Shown here: in pieces, positions 1 to 10,425 of the stretch | Layout: every line of letters starts with the position of its first letter | Position numbering within the stretch: the stretch's first letter is position 1 | NCBI GenBank assembly: GCA_964250185.1 | Contig: CAXUES010000001.1 | Span: 1-45,048 of the forward strand | DNA from: an uncultured Solirubrobacteraceae bacterium | GTDB taxonomy: Bacteria; Actinomycetota; Thermoleophilia; Solirubrobacterales; Solirubrobacteraceae | Direction of reading: 5' to 3' | Length of the DNA stretch: 45,048 nt | Program-made: the position numbers and the translations under genes | The notes under the pieces: model-generated | Database searches by the model: none | What the model was told of the DNA's origin: nothing | Seen by the model: the letters and a program-made list of their open reading frames with translations, nothing else

Positions 1-378
1 CCCCGTGGTCGCGCAGACCGTGGCGTGCTTGGGCGAGCGCCCGAGGGCGAACGCGTTGGGCATCTGGGTCTGGGCGATGGCCACCGCGGGCTTGGGGATG
101 TCGGCCTGGATGCAGAGGCGCTCGATCATCGCGTGCAGCTCGGGGGCCTCCTGCGGCGAGACGACGTGGGCGCCCATGGCCCGCATCGCGAGCTTGTCCG
201 AGGCGAAGAACTGCGTGCCCAGGAGGGCCGCCGCGATGACGACCATGATCAGGATGCTGCCGCTGGCCGCGAAGATCGCGCCCATGAAGACGACGTAGAC
301 GAGCCCCAGCAGGAACATCGTGAGGAGCATCCGGGCCTGGAGGCCGGAGTCGCGGCCGAAGGAGGTGGATCGAGGCAT
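1..378 (-). CDS. htpX: Zinc metalloprotease HtpX (M48), 5' part; runs off the window edge
   Basis: Not in the ORF track. Manual translation from ATG at 378 gives MPRSTSFGRDSGLQARMLLTMFLLGLVYVVF...FFASDKLAMRAMGAHVVSPQEAPELHAMIERLCIQADIPKPAVAIAQTQMPNAFALGRSPKHATVCATTG, the typical HtpX N-terminal half. Confidence 0.9.
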   Translation of the reverse strand, partial: MPRSTSFGRDSGLQARMLLTMFLLGLVYVVFMGAIFAASGSILIMVVIAAALLGTQFFASDKLAMRAMGAHVVSPQEAPELHAMIERLCIQADIPKPAVAIAQTQMPNAFALGRSPKHATVCATTG

Positions 379-531
379 GGTGCCGATGATGGTGGCAGCG
401 ATCGCTAAGTCGCGGGTGAAGTCGATGAGCTCCGGGTGAGACGCGCGTCCCGCAGGTCGCCTTGCAGGTCGCCATAACGCTCGAGCAGAGGTCGAGGTGC
501 GGGCCTCCGCGCCGCTACGGTCGCCCCCGAC

Positions 532-1731
532 ATGCGCCGCACCCTCGCCACCGCGGGCCTCGTGGTCGCCTCCGCCGGGGCCCTCGCCGTGCCCATCGTG
601 GCGCAGGGGGCGCCCACCGCGCGGGACGCCGCCAAGCTCCAGGACCGCCTCGACGCCGCCCGCGGCAAGGTCGCCCGCAAGCGCGGGACCGAGCGCGTCC
701 TCAGCACCGAGGTGGCGGGCTACACCGACCGCATCCGCGCGCTCCAGGGCCGCATCGACGGCTACGAGAGCCGCGAGGACGTCATCGAGGCGCAGCTGCA
801 GCGCGACCAGGCGCGGCTGGACCGCCTCCAGTCCGACCTGCGCGACGAGCGTGCGCGCCTCGTGCGCCTGAAGGCGCGCCTGACCCAGGCGCGCGCGGCG
901 CTCTCCGCCCGCCTGGTCGAGCTCTACACCGCCGACCGGCCCGACCTCGTCACCGTGGTCCTCAACTCCGACGGCTTCGCCGACCTCATCGAGCGCGGCG
1001 AGTTCCTCCAGCGGATCTCCACCCAGGACCGCTCGGTCCTGCAGGTCGTGCGGGTGGCCAAGGCCGACGCGGTCGGCACCGAGGCCCGCCTGGACCGCCT
1101 CGAGGGCGAGCAGGCTGAGGTCACCGCGGGCGTGCGCGCGCGGCGCGACGAGCTCGCGCGCCTCAAGCAGGGCCTCGTGGACACCCGCGTGGGCTACGAG
1201 CAGACCAAGGACGGCAAGGCCGCGGCGCTCAGCCGGGTGCGCTCCTCGCGCGTGGAGCTCGAGGACCACGTCGACGACCTGGAGGCCGAGCAGGCCAAGG
1301 TCGAGGCGGCGCTGCAGAAGGCGATGGCCGCCAACAGCCTCGGAGCGGACTTCGAGGGCGGCTCGGGCCAGCTCGGGATGCCGGCCAGCGGGCCGATCAC
1401 CGGCGTGTTCGGCGAACAGCGCCCGGGCCACATCCACGCGGGCGTGGACTTCGCGATCCCCGTGGGGACGCCGCTGCACGCGGCCGACGGGGGCAAGGTC
1501 GTCATCGCGGGCTGGACGGGCGGCTACGGCAACTACACCTGCATCCAGCACAGCGCCTCGCTGTCGACGTGCTACGCGCACCAGTCGGCGTTCAAGGTCA
1601 GCGTCGGCGACCAGGTCACCAAGGGCCAGATCATCGGCCTGAGCGGCAACACGGGCAACTCGACCGGGCCGCACCTGCACTTCGAGGTGCGCGTCAACGG
1701 CTCGCCCGTGAACCCGCTGGGCTACCTGTAG
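532..1731 (+). CDS. Secreted coiled-coil + M23 peptidase (EnvC/NlpD-like murein hydrolase)
   Basis: Signal peptide, long coiled coil, C-terminal M23 motifs HAGVD, GYGN, YAHQ and GNSTGPHLHFE. Confidence 0.92.
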   Translation: MRRTLATAGLVVASAGALAVPIVAQGAPTARDAAKLQDRLDAARGKVARKRGTERVLSTEVAGYTDRIRALQGRIDGYESREDVIEAQLQRDQARLDRLQSDLRDERARLVRLKARLTQARAALSARLVELYTADRPDLVTVVLNSDGFADLIERGEFLQRISTQDRSVLQVVRVAKADAVGTEARLDRLEGEQAEVTAGVRARRDELARLKQGLVDTRVGYEQTKDGKAAALSRVRSSRVELEDHVDDLEAEQAKVEAALQKAMAANSLGADFEGGSGQLGMPASGPITGVFGEQRPGHIHAGVDFAIPVGTPLHAADGGKVVIAGWTGGYGNYTCIQHSASLSTCYAHQSAFKVSVGDQVTKGQIIGLSGNTGNSTGPHLHFEVRVNGSPVNPLGYL

Positions 1732-1751
1732 GCCCCTAGCCTCCCCGGGCG

Positions 1752-2528
1752 ATGCTCCCGGAGATCCACCTCCTCGGCCTGCCCATCCAGACCTTCGGGC
1801 TGATGCTGGCGCTGTGCTTCGTCGGCGCGGGGATCGTCGGGGCGCGGGCGCTGACCGAGCGCGGCGCGCCCGCCGACTGGGCCTACGAGATGATCTTCGC
1901 CGCGCTGGTGGGCGGCATCATCGGCGCGCGGCTGTACTGGCTGGCCGAGCACCCGTCGGCGTTCTCCGACGACCCGCTCGGCTCGCTCTTCGGGGGCACC
2001 GGGCTGACCTTCTACGGCGGCGCGCTCGGCGGCGCGCTCTTCGTCGCGGGCTGGGCGCGCTGGCGCGGCCTCGCCCTCCCCGACGCCGCGGACATCACCG
2101 CGGTGCCGCTCGCGCTGGGCTACGCCATCGGCCGGATCGGCTGCCAGCTCTCCGGGGACGGCGACTACGGCAAGCCCTGGGACGGGCCGTGGGCGATGGG
2201 CTACCCCAAGGGGACCGTGCCGACCGATCCCGGGGTCACCGTCCACCCGACCCCGATCTACGAGACGTTGGCCATGGGCCTGGTGGCCTACGCGCTGTGG
2301 CGCAACCGCCACCGCTTCGCCGCGGGCGTCCTCTTCGGCCTCTACCTCGTCGGCACCGGCGTGGAGCGCTTCCTGGTCGAGTTCCTGCGTCGCAACAGCG
2401 ACGACGTCGGCGGCGTGCTCACCGAGGCGCAGCTCATCTCGCTCGCCCTGGTGGTCATCGGGGTGCTCATCGCCGCCCGCCGGCGCACCGCCGCGGGCGG
2501 CCGCGGCGCGCCGCTCCTGGCGGGCTAG
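1752..2528 (+). CDS. lgt: Prolipoprotein diacylglyceryl transferase
   Basis: Multi-TM protein with GARLY, GLTFYGG, GRIGC...GDGDYG, HPTPIYE and RFLVEFLR motifs. Confidence 0.93.
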   Translation: MLPEIHLLGLPIQTFGLMLALCFVGAGIVGARALTERGAPADWAYEMIFAALVGGIIGARLYWLAEHPSAFSDDPLGSLFGGTGLTFYGGALGGALFVAGWARWRGLALPDAADITAVPLALGYAIGRIGCQLSGDGDYGKPWDGPWAMGYPKGTVPTDPGVTVHPTPIYETLAMGLVAYALWRNRHRFAAGVLFGLYLVGTGVERFLVEFLRRNSDDVGGVLTEAQLISLALVVIGVLIAARRRTAAGGRGAPLLAG

Positions 2529-3220
2529 TCCCGGCGGGCGAGCACCTGGCGCACCCAGCGCAGCGCGACGCCCTGCAGCTCGGCGTCGTGCTGCACGGAG
2601 CGGTGGTCGCCGCCCGGCACCTCGATGAGCCGGGAGCCGGGTGCCGCGGCGTGCAGCGCGCGGGAGCCCGCCACGGGGACCACGTCGTCGCCCGTGGCGT
2701 GCATGAGCAGCAGCCGCGGCCCGAGCGCCGCGGCGGCGCGGTCGAGGTCGACCACGGCGAGCAGGCCGTCCAGGCCGTCGCCGTCGTGGCGCATCCCGGG
2801 CCACCCGCCCCGCGCGAGGCCGCGGCGCAGGCCCTCCCCCGAGGCGGGGCAGATCGCCACGACCGCGGCCGCCCGCACCCGCGCCGCGGCGGCCAGCGCG
2901 AGCCAGCCCCCCAGCGAGGAGCCGCGCAGCACGACGGCCAGGCCGTCCCCGAAGCGCTCCGCGAGCGTGGCGACGTCCTCGATCGCCCCGCGGCCCAGCG
3001 CGCCGGCCGAGTCGCCGTGCCCGCGCAGGTCCGGGACGACGGCACGCAGGCCGCCGGCCTGGCCGGCCCGGGCGAAGGCGAGGTGGCCGTCCTTGGTCGA
3101 TCCCGCGCCGTGCAGCACGAGGAGCAGGCCGCGCGGCGGGCCGGCCGGCTCGAAGACCGCGCAGCTCAGGCCGTCGACGGGTGGCGGCAGGTCGGGGAGG
3201 GAGGGCAGGCGGCGCGCCAT
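2525..3220 (-). CDS. Alpha/beta hydrolase
   Basis: LHGAGS, DLRGHG, nucleophile elbow GSSLGG, HATGDDVVP and GGDH. Confidence 0.85.
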   Translation of the reverse strand: MARRLPSLPDLPPPVDGLSCAVFEPAGPPRGLLLVLHGAGSTKDGHLAFARAGQAGGLRAVVPDLRGHGDSAGALGRGAIEDVATLAERFGDGLAVVLRGSSLGGWLALAAAARVRAAAVVAICPASGEGLRRGLARGGWPGMRHDGDGLDGLLAVVDLDRAAAALGPRLLLMHATGDDVVPVAGSRALHAAAPGSRLIEVPGGDHRSVQHDAELQGVALRWVRQVLARRD

Positions 3221-3246
3221 GACCCTGCCATCATCCCGCTGAGCAC

Positions 3247-4515
3247 ATGGGCACCGTCGACCACGCGCTCCCGCGCGCCTACCCGCGCGACGCGCGCCTG
3301 GACGCCTCGGGGGCCCTGCTGCTCGGCGGGATCGACGCCCGCACGCTCGCCGCGGAGTTCGGGACGCCCGCCTACGTGGTGCTGGAGGACGACCTGCGCG
3401 CGGGCGCCCGCGCCTTCGTCGACGCGGGCCGGGCCACGGGCGCCGACGTGGCCTTCCACTTCGCCGCCAAGTCCTTCCCGAGCGCGCCGATCATGCGGGT
3501 GCTGCGCGAGGAGGGCATCGGCTGCGACGTCGCGGGCCTCGGGGAGCTGCACGCCGCGCTGCGGGCCGGCTTCGACCCCGCCGACGTCCTCCTGCACGGC
3601 AACGCCAAGACCCGCGCCGAGCTCGCCTTCGCGGTCGAGCACGGCATCGGCCTGGTCGTCGTGGACAACCTCGACGAGATCGACCGGCTCGCCGACGTGC
3701 TCCAGGAGGCCGGTGCGACCCAGCGGGTCCTGCTGCGCATCGCCCCGGGCGTCTCGCCCGACACCCACCCGGCGATCTCCACGGGCGGCCCGAACACGAA
3801 GTTCGGCCTCAACCTCGAGGACGCCGTGCGCGCCCTGGAGCGCCTGGCGGCCGAGCCGCGCATCGAGGTGGAGGGCCTGCACTTCCACATCGGGTCGCAG
3901 ATCCTCGCGCTGGAGCCGTTCCGCGCGGCGCTCGAGCTCGTCGTCGACGCGCTGGGCACGGACTTCCGCACCTGGGACCTCGGCGGCGGCCTCGGCGTCG
4001 CCTACACCGACGAGGAGCCGCCGGCGGTCGGGGACTACGTCGCGGCGAAGGTCGCGATGGTCGAGGAGCTCGTCGGCCCGGGCCGGCGCATCATCGACGA
4101 GCCCGGCCGCGCGCTCACCGCGCGCACCACGGTGACCCTGTACGAGGTGCAGAGCACCAAGCGCAACGTGACGACCTGGGTCGCGGTGGACGGCGGCATG
4201 TCCGACAACCTGCGGCCCATGCTCTACGGCGCCCGCTACGAGGCGATGATCGCCGGGCGCCCCGGCGGCGGGACCCGCTGCCACATCACGGGCCGCCACT
4301 GCGAGTCCGGCGACGTGCTCGTGGCCGACGCCGACCTGGCCGACCCGCGGGTCGGCGACATCATCGTCACCCCGGCCACGGGCGCCTACGGGCACGCCAT
4401 GGCCAACAACTACAACGGCTCGCTGCGCCCGCCCGTGGTGCTGGTGGCGGGCGGCGACGCCCGCATCGCGGTGCGCCGCGAGACCTACGAGGACCTCTTC
4501 GCCCGTGACCTCTGA
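3247..4515 (+). CDS. lysA: Diaminopimelate decarboxylase
   Basis: FGTPAYV, FAAKSF (PLP Lys), KFG, HFHIGSQ, GGGLG, EPGR, CESGD and GAYG. Confidence 0.96.
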   Translation: MGTVDHALPRAYPRDARLDASGALLLGGIDARTLAAEFGTPAYVVLEDDLRAGARAFVDAGRATGADVAFHFAAKSFPSAPIMRVLREEGIGCDVAGLGELHAALRAGFDPADVLLHGNAKTRAELAFAVEHGIGLVVVDNLDEIDRLADVLQEAGATQRVLLRIAPGVSPDTHPAISTGGPNTKFGLNLEDAVRALERLAAEPRIEVEGLHFHIGSQILALEPFRAALELVVDALGTDFRTWDLGGGLGVAYTDEEPPAVGDYVAAKVAMVEELVGPGRRIIDEPGRALTARTTVTLYEVQSTKRNVTTWVAVDGGMSDNLRPMLYGARYEAMIAGRPGGGTRCHITGRHCESGDVLVADADLADPRVGDIIVTPATGAYGHAMANNYNGSLRPPVVLVAGGDARIAVRRETYEDLFARDL

Positions 4516-5740
4516 CGCAGCAGCACCCTTCCGCATCGGCGTCCTCGGCCACGGGACGGTGGGCGCGGCGTTCGTCGAGCTCGTGCAGTCGCGGGCCGAC
4601 GCCATCGCCGCGAGCACCGGGATGCGCCCCGAGGTGACCGGGGTCCTCACGCGCTCCCGTGGGGACGTCGACGAGGTCATCGCCGGCGCCGACCTCGTCT
4701 GCGAGCTCATGGGCGGCGTCGACCCCGCCCGCGACCACGTGCTCAAGGCCATGCGCGCCGGGCGGCACGTGGTCACGGCGAACAAGCTGCTGCTCAGCCA
4801 GCACGGCGAGGAGCTGTGGGCCGTCGCGCGCGAGCACGGCGTGCAGCTGCGCTTCGAGGCGGCGGTGGCCGGCGTCGTGCCGGTCATCCGCGTGCTGCAG
4901 GAGTCGCTGGCCGCCGCGCACGTCGAGCGCATCCACGGCATCGTCAACGGCACCACGAACTACATCCTCAGCCGCATGGCCGAGGAGGGCTCCTCCTACG
5001 AGGAGGCGCTCGCCGAGGCCCAGCGGCTGGGCTACGCCGAGAGCGACCCGACCGACGACGTCTCGGGCCGCGACGCCGCCGCGAAGATGGCGATCCTCGC
5101 CCGCCTGGCCTTCGACACGCCCGTGACGCTCGACCAGGTCCGCTACGAGGGCATCGAGCAGATCACCGCCCAGGACGTCGCCTACGCCCGCGAGCTCGGT
5201 CTGGGCCTCAAGCTCATCGGGACGGCCGAGCGCGTGGCGGGCGGCCTGGCCGTCAGCGTCCACCCGGCCTACCTCTACGCCGGGCACCCGCTCGCGTCGG
5301 TGTCGGGCTCCTTCAACGCGGTGACCATCGAGTCGCCGGCGATCACCGAGATCACGCTGAGCGGCCCGGGCGCGGGCGGCCCGCAGACGGCCAGCGCCGT
5401 CCTCGGCGACGTCATCAGCGCGATGATCCCGCCGGCCTCGACGCCGGAGACCACGCAGGAGCTGGAGATCGTCACCGACGTCCTGTCGGCCTTCTACGTC
5501 CACCTCGACGTCGACGACCGCCCCGGGGTGCTCGCGCAGGTCGCGCAGCTGCTCGGCCTGCAGGGCGCGTCGGTCAAGAGCGTGGTGCAGCAGGGGCTGG
5601 GGGAGCGGGCCCGGCTCATCATGGTCGTCCACCCGATCCTCGAGTCCAAGCTCTTCGCCGCCGTCGAGCTCATCGGCGGCCTGGACTTCGTCACGAGCCG
5701 TCCGCGGGTCATCCGCGTCATCCAGGAGGGCTGGTCATGA
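4505..5740 (+). CDS. hom: Homoserine dehydrogenase with C-terminal ACT domain
   Basis: [47 protein letters not shown] and ACT motif DRPGVLAQ. Confidence 0.96.
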   Translation: MTSDAAAPFRIGVLGHGTVGAAFVELVQSRADAIAASTGMRPEVTGVLTRSRGDVDEVIAGADLVCELMGGVDPARDHVLKAMRAGRHVVTANKLLLSQHGEELWAVAREHGVQLRFEAAVAGVVPVIRVLQESLAAAHVERIHGIVNGTTNYILSRMAEEGSSYEEALAEAQRLGYAESDPTDDVSGRDAAAKMAILARLAFDTPVTLDQVRYEGIEQITAQDVAYARELGLGLKLIGTAERVAGGLAVSVHPAYLYAGHPLASVSGSFNAVTIESPAITEITLSGPGAGGPQTASAVLGDVISAMIPPASTPETTQELEIVTDVLSAFYVHLDVDDRPGVLAQVAQLLGLQGASVKSVVQQGLGERARLIMVVHPILESKLFAAVELIGGLDFVTSRPRVIRVIQEGWS

Positions 5741-6792
5741 CCGTCCACACCTCGCCGCCGTGCGGGATCCGCGGGGGCCATGGCCACCCGGGCCTGATCC
5801 ACCGCTACCTGGATCGCCTGCCCTTCGAGGCCGACGACCCGATCGTCACGCTGCAGGAGGGCTCCACGCCGCTCGTGGAGGCCCACTGGCTCTCCGAGCA
5901 GGTCGGGGCCCAGGTCTTCCTCAAGACCGAGGGCGCCAACCCGACCGGCTCCTTCAAGGACCGCGGCATGTGCTGCGCGGTGACCCAGGCGGTCAAGGAG
6001 GGCTCCGAGGCGGTGCTCTGCGCCTCGACGGGCAACACCGCCGCGAGCCTCGCCGCCTACGCCGCGCGCTCCGGGCTGCGCGGCGCGGTCATCGTCCCCG
6101 ACGGGAAGATCGCCACGGGCAAGCTCGCCCAGGCGCTCATGCACGGCGCGCGCGTGATCGCGCTGCAGGGCAACTTCGACCAGGCGCTGACGATCGTCCG
6201 CGAGCTCGCCGAGCACCACCCGATCGGCCTAGTCAACTCCGTCAACCCGTACCGACTGGAGGGGCAGAAGACGGCGTCGTTCGAGATCACGGAGGCGCTC
6301 GGCTCGATCGACGCGCTCTGCATCCCGGTCGGCAACGCGGGCAACATCACCGCCTACTGGAAGGGCTTCCAGGAGCTCGCCGAGTCGCCGCGGATGCTCG
6401 GCTGGCAGGCCGCCGGCGCCGCCCCGCTCGTCCACGGCGCGCCGGTCAAGGACCCGGAGACGGTGGCCAGCGCGATCCGGATCGGCAACCCCGCCCGCTG
6501 GGAGGAGGCGATGGGGGCGATGAGTGCCTCGCAGGGGGACATCCGCGCCGTCACCGACGAGCAGATCCTCGACGCGTACCGCTTCCTGGCCGCCCACGAG
6601 GGCGTGTTCTGCGAGCCCGCGTCGGCGAGTGGCGTGGCGGGCCTGCTTGCCCACGGCGCCGAGGGGGCGGCCAAGATCGCCTGCGTGCTCACCGGTCACG
6701 GGCTCAAGGACCCGCAGACCGCGCTCGCCCAGGCCGGCTCCGTCGTCCCCTGCGACGCGACGACCGCCGCCGTCGAACGTGTCCTCTTCTAG
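5737..6792 (+). CDS. thrC: Threonine synthase
   Basis: ATG at 5737 overlaps the hom stop (ATGA). Motifs [43 protein letters not shown] and TGHGLKDP. Confidence 0.96.
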   Translation: MTVHTSPPCGIRGGHGHPGLIHRYLDRLPFEADDPIVTLQEGSTPLVEAHWLSEQVGAQVFLKTEGANPTGSFKDRGMCCAVTQAVKEGSEAVLCASTGNTAASLAAYAARSGLRGAVIVPDGKIATGKLAQALMHGARVIALQGNFDQALTIVRELAEHHPIGLVNSVNPYRLEGQKTASFEITEALGSIDALCIPVGNAGNITAYWKGFQELAESPRMLGWQAAGAAPLVHGAPVKDPETVASAIRIGNPARWEEAMGAMSASQGDIRAVTDEQILDAYRFLAAHEGVFCEPASASGVAGLLAHGAEGAAKIACVLTGHGLKDPQTALAQAGSVVPCDATTAAVERVLF

Positions 6793-7644
6793 GTGAACCG
6801 GCGCCGCCTGGTCCGCGTGCCGGCCACGTCGGCCAACCTCGGGCCGGGCTTCGACGTGCTCGCCGCGGCGCTCGCCCTGCACGTGGAGGTGGAGGTGGTG
6901 GAGACGGGCCGCTTCGGCGTCGTCACCGACCTCAAGATCGCCCGCGACCGGCGCAACCTGTGCGTGCGCGGGTTCGCGATGCTGGCCGACCCGGGGCACT
7001 TCGAGTTCCGCATCCGCTCCGACGTGCCGCTGTCGGGTGGCCTGGGGACGAGCGCGGCGGCCTACCTGGCCGGCCTGCTCGCCGCCGACTCGATGTTCGA
7101 GCTCGACGCGGACATCCTCGCGCTCGGGACCCAGCTCGAGGGCCACCCCGACAACGTCGCCGCTGCCCTGCACGGCGGCTTCGTCGCCTGCGTCGACGGC
7201 CTCGTGTCCCGGCTCGGCGTCCCCCAGGGTCTCGAGGCCGTGCTCGTCGTCCCGGCCGCCGCCGTGCGGACCCGCGAGGCCCGCAAGGCGCTGCCCCGCC
7301 ACGTGCCGATGGCGGACGCGGTCTTCAACGTCGGCCGCACCGCGCAGCTCGTGCTCGGCCTCGCGCGCGGGGACCTGTCGCTGATCGCCCACGGCCTCGA
7401 CGACCGCCTCCACCAGCCCCACCGCGCGCACCTCTACGAGCGCTCCGCCGCGCTCGTCGCCGACGCCAAGTCGCTCGGCGCCCTCGGCGCCACCATCTCC
7501 GGCGCCGGCCCGACCGTCCTCGTCTGGACCTCCTACGACACCACCGGCTCCGTCGTCGCCGCCCTCCGCGACCGCGCCGCCGGCTGGGCCACCGTCACCC
7601 GCGTCCCTTTCGAGGAGCACGGCGCCGACGTCACCGAAATCTAA
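6793..7644 (+). CDS. thrB: Homoserine kinase
   Basis: VPATSANLGPGFD, GLGTSAAA, EGHPDNVA and ISGAGPT. Confidence 0.96.
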   Translation: MNRRRLVRVPATSANLGPGFDVLAAALALHVEVEVVETGRFGVVTDLKIARDRRNLCVRGFAMLADPGHFEFRIRSDVPLSGGLGTSAAAYLAGLLAADSMFELDADILALGTQLEGHPDNVAAALHGGFVACVDGLVSRLGVPQGLEAVLVVPAAAVRTREARKALPRHVPMADAVFNVGRTAQLVLGLARGDLSLIAHGLDDRLHQPHRAHLYERSAALVADAKSLGALGATISGAGPTVLVWTSYDTTGSVVAALRDRAAGWATVTRVPFEEHGADVTEI

Positions 7645-7699
7645 AGGGGTCAGGTCCCGGCATCGGACACGTGTCCGATGCCGGGACCTGACCCCTTTA
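7642..7699. repeat. Perfect 58-bp palindrome (29-bp arms, no spacer); REP-like element, probable bidirectional terminator between thrB and ung
   Basis: TAAAGGGGTCAGGTCCCGGCATCGGACAC|GTGTCCGATGCCGGGACCTGACCCCTTTA is self-complementary. Confidence 0.9.
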
Positions 7700-8374
7700 A
7701 GGAAGGCGCCAGTCGATCGGCGGGGCGCCCTGGGCGGCGAGGAGGGCGTTGGCCTGGGAGAAAGGGCGGGAGCCGAAGAAGCCGTTGGCGGCCGAGAGCG
7801 GGCTGGGGTGGGCGGACTCGACGGCCGGGACGGCGCCGAGCAGCGGCTTGAGGTTGCGGGCGTTGCGGCCCCACAGGATCGCCACCAGCGGACTGTGTCC
7901 GGCCCGCCCCGCGAGGGCGCGGATCGCCTGCTCGGTGACCGCCTCCCAGCCGCGGCCCTGGTGCGAGTTGGGCCGGCCGGGACCGACGGTGAGCGCGCGG
8001 TTGAGCAGGAGCACGCCGCGGTCGGCCCACGGCGAGAGGTCGCCGGTCGCCGGCGGCGGGTGGCCGAGGTCGCTCGCGTACTCCGTGAAGATGTTGCGCA
8101 GGCTGGGCGGGAGCGGGCGCACGTCGGGGGCGACGGAGAAGCTCAGCCCGACCGCGTGCCCCGGCGTCGGGTACGGGTCCTGCCCGACGATGAGCACCCG
8201 CACGTCGGCCAGCGGTCGCTGGAAGGCGCGCAGGATGTTGGGTCCGGCAGGCAGGTGGCCGCGGCCGGCGGCGACCTCCGCGCGCAGGAAGCAGCCCAGC
8301 GCGGCGAGCTGGTCCTCCACCGGTGCCAGCGCCTCGGCCCACCCGGGGTCGATGGTCTCGCTGAGCGCAGGCAC
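7697..8374 (-). CDS. ung: Uracil-DNA glycosylase (family 1)
   Basis: [25 protein letters not shown] and AHPSPLS. GTG start at 8374 has a TGG-CACACT -10 six nt upstream. Confidence 0.93.
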   Translation of the reverse strand: MPALSETIDPGWAEALAPVEDQLAALGCFLRAEVAAGRGHLPAGPNILRAFQRPLADVRVLIVGQDPYPTPGHAVGLSFSVAPDVRPLPPSLRNIFTEYASDLGHPPPATGDLSPWADRGVLLLNRALTVGPGRPNSHQGRGWEAVTEQAIRALAGRAGHSPLVAILWGRNARNLKPLLGAVPAVESAHPSPLSAANGFFGSRPFSQANALLAAQGAPPIDWRLP

Positions 8375-8396
8375 CGGCGGAGTGTGCCACGGGCCG

Positions 8397-9589
8397 TCAG
8401 CGGGTGACCCTGACCGTTCCGCGGGTGACGCGGGTGCCGGCGGCGACGGTGACCTCCAGGCGCCGGTGGCCGCGGCGGCCGAGCGTGGCGCCGTGAGGCG
8501 GACCTTGAGGGTGTGCCGCCCGGCGGTGACCGACCCGACGTAGTTGGCCACCCGCTTGCGGCCGTCGCGGGCGACGACACCGACCGTGGACGTGCCCGTC
8601 GCCTTGACCGTCACGCGCAGCGCGCGGCCCGCCTTGACCGACGTGGGCAGCCGCACGCTGACCTTGGCGTTCGGGGTCGGGGTGGGGGTGGCCGTCGTGG
8701 TCGGGGTGGGCGTCGGAGTCGGCGCCCAGCCCGCGCCGACGTCGCCCGGGCCCCAGTCGATCTGCCCCGCGCCGGAGATGATCAGCTTGGGCTGGACGGA
8801 CGCCTGCGTGCCGTCGAACTCGGTCCGGTACACGCCGGCCCCGGTCTCCCACCACGCGATCGCCTTGCCGTCCGGCGACCACGACGGGTCGCGCATCTTG
8901 GTCCCGCTGACACTGTGGATCTCCGCCGCCTGCTGCGGCTCGGACTCGTGGCCCTGGCCGACGAAGAGCGTGATGAAGTTGCCGTCGACGTCGGCGGCGT
9001 CGTTGGAGGCCGGCCCCTGGACGAAGGCCACGCGGTCCTCGGCGCGGGTCAGCTCGCCGCCCCCGATCGGATGGTCGACGTCCTCGAGCCACTGGCCGAC
9101 GTCGTTCCATTCATGACCGAGGACGTAGATGCCGACGTCCACGTTGCCGACGGCGAGATCGTCGAAGGCCACGACCGTCTTCGAGTCCGCCAGCCATGAC
9201 GCCTGCTTGTAGCGCTTGACGTAGTTGAGCATCTTCCCGGACGCGAGGTCCTGGAAGATCGAGTACCAGCCGGAGTCGAGGTAGACCGCATCCGGCGTCT
9301 CGTAGGAGCTCTGCACGTAGACGTCGTAGACGACCTTGGTCCCGTCGGGCGCGATCTTCGGCGAGTAGGGGCCGGACACGCCGGCGCCGCCGCCGCCGAG
9401 CGGGTCGGTGGTGGAGAGCACCTTCCCCCGGCGGTCGAAGAGCACGAGCTTGGTCCCGTTCTGGAGGACGAGCACGCGGCCGTCGTCGGCCTGGCTGGGG
9501 TAGGTCCACTTCGAGCCGGCCGCGGCGGCTGCAGGGACCGCGAGGGCGAGCACGGCGACACCGGCGCTGAGGGTCTTGGGGGAGATCAT
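8397..9589 (-). pseudogene. Secreted TolB/PD40 beta-propeller protein with Pro-Thr linker and basic C-terminal domain; frameshifted near 8490
   Basis: Signal peptide from ATG 9589, PD40-like [12 protein letters not shown] and [18 protein letters not shown] linker. The natural-looking end (...[22 protein letters not shown], stop at 8397) is in another frame. Confidence 0.65.
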
Positions 9590-9687
9590 GCGAGCAAGGC
9601 TCCCGCCGGCGCGGCGCCGTGCCATCAGGGCACGCCCCGAGGGTTTGCCGCGCGGGTTGTCCGCCCGGATGATGGGGTTCTCGTCCC

Positions 9688-10425
9688 TTAGGCGTGCACG
9701 ACGACGGGCGCGCCCAGCGGCACGCGGCGCATCAGCTTGCGCAGCGCCTTCGCCGGCGCCCGCATGCAGCCCAGCGAGACGGCCTGGCCGATCGACCAGG
9801 TCGCGGGGGTGCCGTGGATGGCGAGCCGGTCGCCGCCGGGCCACCCGGGCTCGAGCCGGGTCTGGTGCCCGGTCAGCGCGAGGGCGCAGCAGCCGTAGGG
9901 CGACGTCCGGTCGACGGGCTTGAGCTTGTCGGTGACGGCATAGCGACCCAGCGGCGTCTCGTTGCCGGGCCGGCCGACGGCGACGGGGAAGCGAAGGACC
10001 GTCCGTCCGTTGTCGCGCAGGGCAGCCGTGTGGGCGGAGCGGTTGACGCGGATCTCGATGTCGGTGCCGTGCAGGAGCGCCCCGCGCGCGCGGATCCAGC
10101 CGGGGTGGGCGTTGGGGAGCTGGGAGACGACGACCTTCAGCCACGCCCCGCGGCGGCGCAGCACACCGAGGATGGACTGCGAGCCGAACTCCGTCTTGGC
10201 CCGGATCTTCGTGAGCACGCGTCCGCCGGGCTTCTCGTAGAGGCGAACGGGACGGGTCAGCGCGGCGGTCAGGTAACGGCCTGCGGGACGGGCCGGCGCA
10301 GGGCTCGGCGTCGGCGCGGCGGCGGTGAACACGCGCGGCGCCGGGGTCGGCGCGGCGGCGCGGTCAGGCGCCGACCCGCAGCCCGTCAGGGCCAGCACCG
10401 CGATCGCTGGGAGCAGACGGCGCAT
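9688..10425 (-). CDS. L,D-transpeptidase (YkuD) lipoprotein
   Basis: Lipobox LTGC, FPVAVG...TPLG, catalytic IHGT...SLGC. Confidence 0.9.
   Translation of the reverse strand: MRRLLPAIAVLALTGCGSAPDRAAAPTPAPRVFTAAAPTPSPAPARPAGRYLTAALTRPVRLYEKPGGRVLTKIRAKTEFGSQSILGVLRRRGAWLKVVVSQLPNAHPGWIRARGALLHGTDIEIRVNRSAHTAALRDNGRTVLRFPVAVGRPGNETPLGRYAVTDKLKPVDRTSPYGCCALALTGHQTRLEPGWPGGDRLAIHGTPATWSIGQAVSLGCMRAPAKALRKLMRRVPLGAPVVVHA

Noticed and set aside
405-500. Antisense segment LQGDLRDARL resembling the M23 coiled coil (LQSDLRDERARL)
   Set aside because: Only about 21/27 nt match in very GC-rich DNA, which is compatible with chance
8670-8725. Pro-Thr repeat
   Set aside because: Ordinary linker of a secreted protein
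9600-9690. GGCAAACC on the minus strand suggesting a c-di-GMP-I riboswitch
   Set aside because: The GNRA loop and downstream GCAAAGC elements are not present
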